From Saccostrea cucullata (taxonomy: Eukaryota): a stretch of DNA of 64,000 nt. The stretch is from contig NW_026939229.1 in the NCBI RefSeq assembly GCF_032062105.1, positions 1 through 64,000 on the forward strand, written 5' to 3'. Positions 52,804-64,000 of the stretch are shown here, in pieces. The notes under the pieces were generated by a model, which was not told where the DNA came from, did no database searches, and saw nothing but the letters and a program-made list of their open reading frames with translations. Position 1 is the first letter of the stretch; the number at the start of each line of letters is the position of its first letter. The position numbers and the translations under genes are program-made.

Positions 52804-53860
52804 CTTTCTCCTATCAGCAGGATCATGATCAGTCAGATTAATATGGAAATGCATCTATCTACACAACCTTACTATTAGGTAGTGTAGATTAAAGTTTTAT
52901 CCAATCATGCCTTTAGGTTAGGAAAGGACGACGCTTAAAATATGCCAGGGTTCGAAACATTGTCGAGGGACCCCTGGCAAGTTTCACTCTATAGTTTATG
53001 GGCTGAGTCTAGCAACATCTTTCTGAGAAATCAGAAATCTTTTTTATTCTCTCTCAGCCAATTTCATTGTATCATTTTATGCTCAATAACAAGTTATAAC
53101 ATGTACATACGAGATTTCAACTATATCATTTTTGTTAACACATTAAGTATAACTATTAATGAATTCTAAGCTTTAATTTGATTCCTGCTCTTTAAAGAGA
53201 CACTCATAAAGGGGAAAATTGACAAATGTAGATTTTTTGCATGACCCATCTTAATTTGTTCAGTTCCTAAAAGTATTAGATTTCAGAAAATTACAGGTTT
53301 CAGAATATAAAAAAAAATATTTTTATGTAGAAAAATAAAAGTAAAAATAATTTCTGTATGCCCCATAACGAAAATATTGCAAAATACCTTGGTACTTCCT
53401 CCTCCCTATTGTACGACTGCGCAGAAAAGTTGAATAAGTTTTCAGAATTACCATGGTCTTAAGAATCCATAAATGAATGTAAGTAGACCAAAAATTTTGA
53501 TAAAAGAAAATAAAAAAGACATGATTTGACTCATGTGATCCTTTTAAGAAGATCGATTGATTGTTTGTTGTTTAACATCCCTCTGGAGCTCTTCAGTAAG
53601 AGAAGCATGCTATAAAATATCGAACAAAACCGACCAAGGCACAGTAGGCAACTTGTTGATTCAAGATTTGATCTCGCATCGGAAGGAACATTTTGTTAAA
53701 CTATGGACCCTGATATTAAGGTGGGGCTATGAAGCTATATTCTTTTTCATTCAATTTCATGTGTACAAAGTAAAAACCATGTAAAAAATATGATGCATTG
53801 GGAACACAATACCAGAGCTATATAACATGTATTAGTCGCGTTGATTTTGAAGCACTGGTA
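52797..53860 (+). repeat. Segmental duplicate of 63252-63900
   Basis: TTTCTCCTATCA(G/T)CAGGATCATGATCAGTCAGATT.. and later blocks match in order. The left copy has an extra ~400 bp (about 53170-53590). Confidence 0.85.
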
Positions 53861-54795
53861 TTCTTATATGTTTTCAACATCAAGAAAATCAATATATGAA
53901 TGAGTAGCAGTACATGTAAATGCTTACATGTGAAGGTCTGTTATTTTACAACAATAACCAAGACGTTAGGTCTATTTAATTTCATTGTAAACAAAATTTG
54001 ATTTTTCTTGCATGCAGGCTTTACAATTTGTTCTTATTTTTTCCCCCTTTTTTGTTTGAGGAAGGTAACGAATCAGACGAAGTTTGTCGAAAGATCTCGG
54101 CCAGTCCAATTTTACGGAGATGACCGAGTGACAGCCGTGGTAGGGCTAATACAGAATCAAGAATACGGCCTGATGAGTGTAGTTCAGCTTAATTACTGTT
54201 TTAGGTTTTTACTAAAGCCGGTTAGCTTTTTTTTATAAGTTCTACTTGTCTGATAATTTTTAATGACGTTCGCGATTTATTTGAGAATAATGTCCGCGTC
54301 ATTTCTCTGATCTGGGCAATAATTGTGGTAGAATTACCAAATTTTCACAGTTTAATTCCAATCGACTTTTAAAAATTCCTAAACGTATACAGACTTACGT
54401 ATATTTACCAATATATCACAAACTTTCGTGTTAACTTCGTACTTCATTTTTTTAAACCCTTTTTATCCTAATTGAAATGGAATTTTGACTTTTTTGCTTC
54501 AATATTTTTTTATTACGATGTCAAGGTAGTCAGAAGAATGTGATAAAACTTACGTTGACATTTGAAAATGAACACAGAATAATATTCCACAACAAAATAA
54601 AGTTAGAAATGAAATCAACATACAGGCATGTTCAACATACAATAGCATAAAAATAAGCTCATTTTAGCGTATATAATCATAAGCAGCTTTCCAGCAAAAT
54701 ATGTTAAAAAGATGATTTAAATTAGATATGTTTAGAATTGTTTAACAGACCAAAGTACCTCTTGTCACTTTTTCAGACCAGTATGATGAACATTT

Positions 54796-56847
54796 TTAAT
54801 TAAATATTTGTATATTTCTGTGTAACTGTCCTTTAACCCATCTTTTTCTAATATCTGTAGCTTCCTGTATTTCATGGAATGATTCCTCTTTGAGCGACTT
54901 TTCAAATGACTCTAAAGCCCCGTGTAAGTCTCCTACAACATGTTGACAGATTCCTAGTATCTGCCAGGATATGTCTCTGGTGTATAAAGGAACATATCTC
55001 CCATCGTCATAGAGCAGCAGTGTCTGTAGGTCTGACAGTGACTGTAAACACTGGGATCTATTACCTAGTCTATAGTGACATAACACAGACAACATTTCAT
55101 CCAAAAAATAAGGTGATAAAAGGAAGAATGCATATCCATTTTGTTGGATAACACTTTGTTCTAAACTTAATTCCTCAATACATGAAATATCAGATACATG
55201 CACATTGTTAACCCAGGCTATCTTCATTCTTCGAGACAAAGACAGATTGCCTACAGCGTTAATATACCTCTGACTATTAACAGTATATTCATACATAATA
55301 AAGTCCTGTGACATTCTTTCTTTAGCGATATGAGTGATTTGTAGTGTTTCAGCATATCTCCCAGTCCTATAGTAATACAATGCTAAAAATAATAAATGAG
55401 ACACGGGACCTAACTTTGCTGCAAATTTCAACACGTTACAAATCATTCTATCTAAGATATATACATTTCTATGTGTGCTACATAAAGTACTATTTGCCAT
55501 TCTGAAGGGTAAATAAACGAGAATATTGGCGGTACAGAACTGTAATGTTAATAATTGACTTGGTGAGATTGATAGCAATAATAGTTTATCAATTAGAATG
55601 AAGTAGAGATAACAATCATATATATTTTTTGTTTCATATAAGTTCCTGAATATCTCATTCTGTCCACAGAAATCTATATCTGTTATGTTCTCAGTAAAGG
55701 ATAACACAAAGGACGGGCTACTGAGGGCTGGTTCTAGGATTGATCTGAGAGTCGGACTCAGCAGTAGACAGGACAAGCCTATTCTGTAATACTCATAAAG
55801 TTGTTGTAAGAGAGATCCACGTGTAACACCAACTACTTTGTTTATGAACATGTTGTTTTGTGGAATAAAAAAATTGGGAAACACTCCACGATAAACAGAA
55901 TGAACAAGAAATTTGTAGCATTTCCAAAAGCATTTCAGTAAATTGTTTGGGTGCCATCTAACGTTTACCGATTGCATTATCCAGAACGTTGTAGTCTTCA
56001 TGTAATATGAACACAAAATTGCCTCTTTTTGGTAGTTTATAACTTCCTTCAGAAATATTTTCAAAAGTCCGTAACATAAAAATTGTGTATGATTCATTGA
56101 ACAAACTAGTTGTTGTTCGGCTTGAGAAAACGACAACCTCCATTCTAATTCGTTAGAAGTTGATACCATTTTACTACCAATAGGCACACAGTGGCATTCA
56201 TTTCTACGTATTTTTTCTAACACAGGTGCAGGCGGCCAGGTATATCTCTTGCATCTTTCCTTAAAACCTCTCAAGAATTTTCTGCAAAAAATAGTGGCAA
56301 AACAAAAAGCAGAATCAAGTTCAATAGATTTAAAATAGTAATTTGTACAAGGGCCATGAATGGTAAAATTCATCTTTGGATGAGAGTACTTGTTGGTCGT
56401 ATGATAATGAAAAACAGCATCTCTTGATAAAGAACTAGATATATAAACACCGTTTTTGAAGGCAACGGAACATGATTGCATGAAACTTGATTGTGCATGC
56501 ATTGATGTCAAAAGACGAAGTCTGACAAATCCTGGTGGTGTGTCAGAATCCTCCATTAGTATTATATGATGTTGTGAGTTATTATAAATCCGGAAATGGG
56601 AGATGTCAGTTATCAATTTATAATAACACAACCAGAACATAATGTCCCTGTCAGATGAACTCATCCTAAATCCCTCTCTAAAACTACCACTATCCATAAA
56701 TGCAATTCTTCTGTGATTATCAACACGTTTCTCTATCATCTCCTCCATGTCCATCACGTCCCTTCTGATGGCCACTTCTGTCGGTGTCCCTATCTCATCA
56801 CACAGACCAACATACAGAACCTCTGATAGACGGGGAATGTGGTCCAT
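54796..56847 (-). CDS. cGAS-like receptor (cGLR): Mab-21 nucleotidyltransferase with C-terminal TPR-like helical region, ~683 aa, single coding exon (copy D, intact)
   Basis: NTase motif SGSFREGFRMSSSDRDIM (GS..DxD) and a third acidic residue in IELDSAF. Mab-21 motifs HCVPIG..EWRLSFSQAEQQL, SYYMKTTTFW and FPNFFIPQNNMF. TPR-like LFLALYYYRTGRYAETL and SWQILGICQHVVGDLHGALESFEKSL. The ATG at 56847 directly follows a pyrimidine tract and AG acceptor, so the 11 extra N-terminal residues in the ORF track are probably intronic. Confidence 0.9.
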   Translation of the reverse strand: MDHIPRLSEVLYVGLCDEIGTPTEVAIRRDVMDMEEMIEKRVDNHRRIAFMDSGSFREGFRMSSSDRDIMFWLCYYKLITDISHFRIYNNSQHHIILMEDSDTPPGFVRLRLLTSMHAQSSFMQSCSVAFKNGVYISSSLSRDAVFHYHTTNKYSHPKMNFTIHGPCTNYYFKSIELDSAFCFATIFCRKFLRGFKERCKRYTWPPAPVLEKIRRNECHCVPIGSKMVSTSNELEWRLSFSQAEQQLVCSMNHTQFLCYGLLKIFLKEVINYQKEAILCSYYMKTTTFWIMQSVNVRWHPNNLLKCFWKCYKFLVHSVYRGVFPNFFIPQNNMFINKVVGVTRGSLLQQLYEYYRIGLSCLLLSPTLRSILEPALSSPSFVLSFTENITDIDFCGQNEIFRNLYETKNIYDCYLYFILIDKLLLLSISPSQLLTLQFCTANILVYLPFRMANSTLCSTHRNVYILDRMICNVLKFAAKLGPVSHLLFLALYYYRTGRYAETLQITHIAKERMSQDFIMYEYTVNSQRYINAVGNLSLSRRMKIAWVNNVHVSDISCIEELSLEQSVIQQNGYAFFLLSPYFLDEMLSVLCHYRLGNRSQCLQSLSDLQTLLLYDDGRYVPLYTRDISWQILGICQHVVGDLHGALESFEKSLKEESFHEIQEATDIRKRWVKGQLHRNIQIFN

Positions 56848-57050
56848 TCTGTATAAAAAGACAGGTAAAAATGTTATCATCCATGTTTAAAAAAAAATAA
56901 TACATCAGCAATATGACATTTTATATAAAAATGTATTCAAGAGAAAATGTACTACATTGTATATCTATTAGTTTATTATAGACATTAAATGATTTGATGA
57001 GTGTTTTTTTACAGATTAATTTCACAAAAAATAAAAAAAAAACTGTTTAA

Positions 57051-57765
57051 GGATTCGTCAAAGGTCAACATGTTCAAAAAAGCATTTTTACAATAGCCCC
57101 TAAACTACGTGAGGTATAAAGTTAAAACTTTTACAGTTTATAAATTTTTCATTGCTTAATAGATAAAAGTATCACTTGATAAAAAGAAATACTTGGAAAA
57201 AATATTAAATGAGAAAAAATTTTTTTAAATGCATATATTTTTAAAAATACACCTAATTATTTACGTGCTCTTAGTGAAAAGCATCATTGCAGAAACAAAA
57301 TATGTTTATCACTGAAGGGCAAGTTGGACTTGGATTGCCTATGGAAAGTTGTTTTCCTAGTTTATTTTGTCCAAATGTTAAGACTTGAAAGTGAAAGTAC
57401 ATTGCAAATGGCAGATTCTAAAGGGGTCTTGTCTTTATACATGTCATGCTTTCAATAACAGCCTTTCAGAGACCATTCAAGTTCAACTTGACCTTCGAAT
57501 GATAAACATATATTATTTCTGCAATTATGGGTTTCACAAAAAGGACAGAATTAAGCTGGTGCACTTTTCTTTAAATATGTCCATTTTCTGATACAATTTT
57601 TCTTAAAAAAAAAAATCTTTTTTAAAATATATGTTATCAAGTGATACAATATATCTATTAATCAATGATTAGTTATAAACTGTAAACGTTTTGACCGTAT
57701 ACCACACATAGGTTTGGAGCTAGTGTAAAAATAATCTTTTAGACATGTTGACCTTTGACGAAACT
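57051..57765. mobile_element. Non-autonomous Kolobok-type element 5' of the cGLR D coding exon
   Basis: TIR ..TTCGTCAAAGGTCAACATGT extending imperfectly ~150 bp, with TTAA at 57047 and 57766. Absent from the paralogous region upstream of copy B. Confidence 0.8.
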
Positions 57766-57980
57766 TTAAAATGCTTCACTCAAACGACTTAATGCGGTTT
57801 GTAGATACCGGTATATCATTATTATGTGATTAATGTTACATGTTTATCAATTTACACCCCAATTTTTAATACAATCTGCTCATTTATATTCTTTATACAC
57901 TTTAAAAACATGGATTTCATTATAAAGATATTTTAACCCAAACATATTTAAGAACTGCCCGTCTTGTAGACAACTATGCA

Positions 57981-58011
57981 GGAAATTCCCGAGAATCTTC
58001 TTTCGTTTTCT
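57981..58011 (-). promoter_or_regulatory. Candidate NF-kB site plus IRF/ISRE-type site upstream of the intact cGLR
   Basis: Minus strand GGGAATTTCC (57990-57981) and AGAAAACGAAAG (58011-58000, GAAANNGAAA). A homologous block lies at 38976-39007 upstream of copy B. Confidence 0.5.
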
Positions 58012-59399
58012 ATTTAAACCCTCGTTAAAAAAAAGTTAGCACTCTCCTGATCGAATGATTAAAATGGTCCGATTCAGGGCTTTTTTGAACAAATATGTGA
58101 TTTATTTCATATATTGATTTTTATATTTCAGGAATAGATTATTTCAGTTCAATTATCGTAATTAATTTAAGCTTTTCAACATTTATTTAGTCCACATGAA
58201 ATTATCAAATTAAAATTGCCTTTATTTATAGATGAATGATATCAAAGTTATCATTTAAACCCCTGTTTGTTTTTATGTATATCTTTAGTTAATTGCAGTC
58301 GTAAAACTAGCATAGCAGGGATTATGGACAGTGGTCAGGTGGTTTACTTTGGAATATTTTTAAGTTCATCTAAGATTGATACAGACATAATGTTGAAGGA
58401 TTTTATTACAATTGGAAGAACAAAAAAGCTGTTCTTTTATTTAAAATTTTAGGTGGATGATATGAAAATTTTGGGTTTATAAAATCAGCCATCGGTTAAC
58501 AACGTCATTAAATAAAGAGATTTGCAGATTTTTTAAACCAGAAATGGATTTCCATTCCCTTATACTCCGTGCTTTGCAAAACTCAATAATAATTGGAAAC
58601 TTACCCAAAGAAAAGTGTTACTGTTGAAGGAATTTTAAATTTGAATTTCTTCCTATGTATTTGCTATTTTGTTGCAAAATAATTTCCTTAATTGTGTTTT
58701 CTAAATTCGTTTTTCTTCCTTAACTTTTTTTTCTGCACACATCATATTAAAACTTGATTTCACTTTACATTATGTTGTTTTTTTTAAATGATTTCCGATT
58801 TTGTTAAATTAACATTGTAACTGTCGTCCGGAAATATAATACTGGTCTAGTACAATGTGATTATACGACGATTTGTGGTTGGAAATGACTTTTATTCAAT
58901 GTTTGAAACACACAAGGAGTTGGCTATCATATCAAACTTCAAATCCTAAGAAAATTTGTTTTATACCATGTTTAATTCTTCAGAACCAAATCTTTTTACG
59001 ATGTTTTTATTTTTTGGACTCCACTTTTATTTCACTTCATGACATTAAAGCAAAAACCATTTTGACCTCACAACTGCACTTAAATGTGGGATATGAAAAA
59101 ATCCAATTAGTCATAAGCACGGGATAAAGAGTTAAACATAGGATAGTTCTGATTACCAGACGTCTACAGGTAAAGTGTTAGACTGCAAGAACAAAGACAC
59201 ACAATGCAGTATTCTTAAGATGAATGATATCACAGAGGTCATGTAAATCCCTGTCCTTTTCTGTTTATATCTTGTGTAGTGTCAGGGCCCACCTGGATTT
59301 CACTTGTTGGTTAGTTTCCCTCTCTTTTGGTTTTACCTGGTTATTTACTTTTTTGTTTAAGATTTTGGAATGAGCAGAAATATTGGCTTCTTCATATAA

Positions 59400-59796
59400 G
59401 AATTTTTTTTTAAATCTTCTTCTCAAGAATGACAAAACCATAATTCATCATATTTATATGGAAGTATGCTCAGATAGTATAGTTTCAAGTTTGTTCAAAT
59501 CATGACCCCCGGGGGAAGGGCGGGGCCAAAATGGTCGACCAAAATTTTACATAGAAATATATAGAAAAATTCTTTAAAAATCTTCTTCTCAAGAATGACA
59601 AAGCCTAAGTCATCATATTTATATTGAACCATGCTCAGGTTGTGTAGATTCAAATTTGTTCAAATCATGACCCCCGAGTAGGGCGGGGCCAAAATGGCTG
59701 ACCAAAGTTTTACATAGAAATATATAGGAAAATTCTTTTCTACTTTTTCCTAGCCTTAGTGCTCAGGTAAGCAATGTGACCCATGGTCCTCTTGTT
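59400..59796 (-). mobile_element. Partial pearl/CvA-like HINE (5' end plus ~2 cores)
   Basis: Reverse complement of the 8678 element start (..TGTGACCCATGGTCCTCTTGTT) and two related core units. Confidence 0.7.
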
Positions 59797-62700
59797 TTAA
59801 CATCTTGTCATGTTCTCATCTCGTCAGCTGATTTTTTAAATTTTTAACGCCTTTAATTTCAATGGAGAATGTGTTGCAGATACTCGTGAAACTATTCCCC
59901 TTATACAGAAGGGCATTTACCTGTAGATATCCACGACTTTTAAAGACGCGTAATCTCTAAAAGGAAAATATAGATACAGTAAATGCATCTGACTCTAGTT
60001 AGAAGATGGGCTTGAGTCTTATTTAAAAAAGCCAACTAACATTTTACATTTCATTTATGTTTGATTTTAAGGAAGCTGTAAACTCTAACAGAAACTGTTT
60101 TTTCTTTCGGACTCAAAGAAAAATATATCATATAAAGATATGTATATTGAGACTTTTCATTCATTTAGAACACGGGGCACGTGCATTATTTGCGCAGGAG
60201 AAATGTTAAAAAAAACATTTGACTATTTGTCAGCAGAAATCACAGTTGTTTACTTACATTGGAAAAATTAATGAAAATAATTATTTAAATTTCTTACTCT
60301 TGGTCTTTTATATTGCTAAAAATATATTTATCTATTATAAATTATGTAATGAACGGTAAATAACAATTTCTTTAATCTTACATCTAAGGGCTGATTATTT
60401 TATCCTCATAAACTATGCAATAAATAGAGCTCTTTAGTGTGCAGTGTTTACAGCGTCCTCAATCGAACATTAAACCACTCAGTGAGTATGGCGTGTAAAG
60501 TGTTAATTTAAAGTTGCGATGATACTTCCTTTGAAATCTCTACATGTATTAATCAGTATATACATGTGGTTGTTTATTTTCTTTTTAAACAAGTTTATTT
60601 CCCAGACCTTATCTAAAACAACATATCAAATAACATTAATAGAAGATAAATAAGGCAGCAGCCAGGGTTGGGGCCCTGACTAGGCTCCTTCTAAACAATG
60701 ATAATTATGTCCTATGACATCACGCAAGATGTTTTAAGGACGTTTGATCCTGATATTTTGAGCGTATTTCGCGCAGGTCCTTTATTCATAAAATTAAGCA
60801 TCATTTTTAGGTTCTAACAATAAAACTGAATTCTACAATGCAAATTAAACTATATTCAATGAAAAAACCGCGATTAAATGCCATTCAAGTAGAATTAAGG
60901 TAGGGACTATATTTTGTGGCGGAAGGTTTTTTTAGACGAAAATAATCAGTTTTTTTTACATTGGAACTATAACAGTACTGTAAATTTGGGATGCCTATTT
61001 TTCCATGCTGGTTGCACACAAAGCTGTTTTTTGCAGTGAAATATGTTATGCTGGTTCTGAAACATCTATTAAATTATTTCTTATGAATTCTATCAACAAA
61101 GTGTGACAAATATAGCAAATGTATTCTGAAAATCCGGGAAAAAATTGAGCCAATTTAAACGTAAAATTCACACTTTTTTAATTAGTTATATCTGAAAATG
61201 TCCATCATATACCCCCACTTTTGATGTTTTTTTCTAAATATTCAAGATAACTTTGACCTATTTGCTTAAAATCAGAAAAAGTTTAAGACTTTAAAATAAT
61301 TTTCTTGCTTAATATATTTTCAATGCCGGAAAAATAACATTTTATTAGTGCAGAAAGGTCAAATAATTGATTATGCCAAGCAATTTGAAACTTTTTCTTA
61401 GTCACAATTTTTGAGTGTCTTTTTTTAAACAGACTTAGAGTTCATTTAGTTTCATGCTTTAATCGGATAAAAAAAAGATAAAATTATTGGAGGGAAAACG
61501 TCGAAGATGTAATTTTTAATTAAGACACAAATTTCAGTGCAGAAAGGTCATATTAAATGTACTGTAGCGCTAAAAGAAGCTACAGTAAAGAAAAAAAGAC
61601 CCCCATTTTTTGAGTTGAATTTTAATTAAGCCATGTTTGTAGAAACTAGAAATATACTTGGCAAAAAAGTTTAAGACTTTAAATATCAGGATCGAACGTC
61701 GTTAAATTATATAGAAAAAAAATAAAAGTATAATTATTGTCAAAAAATATATTTATACAGTATACATCATGAATCAAGGTGAAGATTATAATTTTAGTGC
61801 AGATGTCAACCGAGGGAGCCACAAATACGTTTCACAGTCTATTTACTCCCCTCTTTTTGACAGCACTAATGGAAGAGAGGTCTCGTCCCAGTAGTATTTA
61901 TACAAGAATATATAATTTTCACATTAGTTTGGAAAGATTTTCAAAAATCCTAAATTCAGTGTTAATATAAAGAAAGCGTACAACAGAAGTATAGAAACAA
62001 ATTGATTTTTTAACATAATTGTATATATTGTATTCAGTTTTACTTAAAGACTCCAATCTACACAGCATTTTATGTTTAATTCTATATGCCACGTACGTTA
62101 TAAGGAAATTTAGAGATCTAGTTTTATTATTTATTTTTAATTGAAAAACCCAACTACAATATGTTTTCAATGTGTTAATCCTATGTATTAATCAGAATAT
62201 AGTAACCAAACTTCATGTAACTGAGTTTATATACGTGGGTAAGGGATTGATGCAGATTTGTTCAAACGAAGAGTTGTCTTCTTTCAGGAAATAAAATTAG
62301 AAATTAGTTTTTTTTTTCGCAAGGACAACATGGCCAAAATAGATGAAACTTATATATATTTTTTTGCATTAGTGTAGGTTCTTCAAAGTTTTTCCCGGGT
62401 ATAATTTAATGGACCAAGGAAGAAAGGAATGGGCGTAAATTAAGTATTGAGTCAATGTTCATTGACATATACAACAAGAGAACTAGACATTTTGGTCATT
62501 TTCAGCAAAACCATATATATCTAAATGTTGAAAAATCGAGTTTCAACCGAGACTTTAACTCAGAGCCTCGATCTGGCTTATTGTGGCAACAACACTCTGA
62601 CAAATAAATTGAACTTTTGAGACCCAATATATTGACTGACCTTAAAGCTGAATACGATTCGCAAAAGGAATGTGTCAACCAGTTATGTTAACTTAGTCCT

Positions 62701-64000
62701 GCCCTTTGTTTATGGGTCTTCATGTATAGCTGCCCTTTGTAATTGGGTCTTTAGGTATAGCATGGCGGACGCAATTCTTTTACGAATCGTGTTCAGCTTT
62801 AAGGTACATGTACCTGTGACCAGGGTTGGAACTGGTAATTCCTCGGAAATACTGGTATTTCCCGGGAAATAATATGAAATAAGAAATATCTACAAATTTT
62901 TATATATCTTTAATCATATATTCCAGTGTCAAGACAGGTATCACAACTTATTGGCTAACTTATCAATCTGGTATCACTTTCAATTATTTAAAATCAGAAA
63001 TTTATTTCCCAGTATTTCTCAGGTTTTTGTAGCATTTACAGAGAAGGGAAACACCGGTATTTACCACTGGTGATTGCACCCACTGATATTAAATTCCCGG
63101 CCAACCCCCCGTGAACCAGATGACATATATACAATCATATCTATATGGAAGTAGAAGTATTCTCGTGTACAAAGCATGGATTTAAGTTCTTAATTGGGGA
63201 TACCTTTAAAATGTCACAAAATTGGTATGAGGATATGTAGAGAACAATATTTATAAAGTTTTCTCCTATCATCAGGATCATGATCAGTCAGATTTAATAT
63301 GGAAATGCTTCTATCTACACAACCTTACTACTAGGTACTGGTAGTGTAGATTCAAGTTTTATCCTTTCATGCCCTTAGGCTAGGGACGGACAACCCTTAA
63401 AATATGCAACGTTGTCCAGGGACCCCTGACATATTTTATTCTATAGTTTATGAGCTGAGTGTAGCGACATCTTTCTGAAAGATTTTTTTTACTCTTTCAA
63501 CCAATTAAATTAAACCATTTTATGCTTAAGAACTTATAACACGTTCGTACATATGAGATATCAACTAAATCCTTTCTGTTAACACATTATGTATAACTAT
63601 TTATGAAAGATTTAACTTGATATTGATGCTCTTCAATAAGAGAAGCATGCCACGAAAAATCGAACGAAACATGCCAATGCTCCCACGGCAACGTGTTGAC
63701 TCAGAACTCGACCTGGCATTGGGAGGAACTTTTGGTTACATCATGGATCCTGGAACAGGGTGGGGCTATACAGTTGTATTCGTATTCATTAATTTTGATT
63801 TGTTAAGTACGGAAGAGACAGCTTTCAAAAAATGATGCAAGGGAAAACACCAGAGCCATATACATGTATTAGTCATGTTGATAATGAAGCACTATTATTC
63901 ATTTGTGTGCATTTAACTTTGGTTATCTCATCGGACTCATAACCTCATAACTCATGTGGCGTCGGTAGTCTAATGTATAAGGTGCCGGACCTCAAATCGA

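Noticed and set aside
54073-54180. Hammerhead or twister-like motifs (GAAA at 54089, CTGATGA at 54170, GCCGT/ACGGC pairing)
   Set aside because: I could not build stems II and III with a valid NUH cleavage triplet. At best it is a decayed relic; a covariance-model scan would settle it.
56848-56880. N-terminal extension MITFLPVFLYR of the cGLR
   Set aside because: It is a polypyrimidine tract plus AG acceptor, and the paralogue starts at the equivalent MDPIP. An upstream coding exon cannot be fully excluded.
62821-63085. Possible hAT-type MITE (CAGGGTTG..CACCCACTG)
   Set aside because: The terminal repeats are poorly matched and there is no 8-bp target duplication.
1-64000. Frequent TACATGTA palindromes and most 60-90-aa ORFs in the track
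   Set aside because: The motif is scattered with no positional pattern. The short ORFs lack splice context, domain motifs or paralogue support.

Overview
This is AT-rich, intron-containing, transposon-dense animal DNA, most consistent with a bivalve mollusc and probably an oyster. That is inferred from pearl/CvA-type Helentron-derived elements with a ~165-bp core, a Meta/Deu-type tRNA SINE and abundant TACATGTA. All host genes I can reconstruct are on the minus strand and look immune or surface related. (1) A tandem pair of three-Ig-domain receptor genes: one is apparently intact with a TM exon and runs off the left edge; the other is broken in Ig domain 3. (2) A four-exon, ~160-aa type I membrane protein missed by the ORF track, with a signal peptide, an 8-Cys granulin-like ectodomain, a TM helix and a Gln/Gly/Tyr-rich PPSY tail. 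The end of its exon 2 plus the splice donor is tandemly repeated 11 times. (3) An array of four cGAS-like receptor (cGLR; Mab-21 nucleotidyltransferase with a TPR-like C-terminus) paralogues: one intact at 54796-56847 and three decayed, one of them split by a Penelope-like retroelement. An NF-kB plus IRF-type motif pair lies upstream of the intact cGLR. The rest is mobile DNA: nested Helentron-derived elements, Penelope-like elements, Kolobok, a 5.2-kb mariner carrying a satellite, SINEs, MITEs and foldback palindromes. Exon structures were read by eye from splice signals and phase. No database searches were run.
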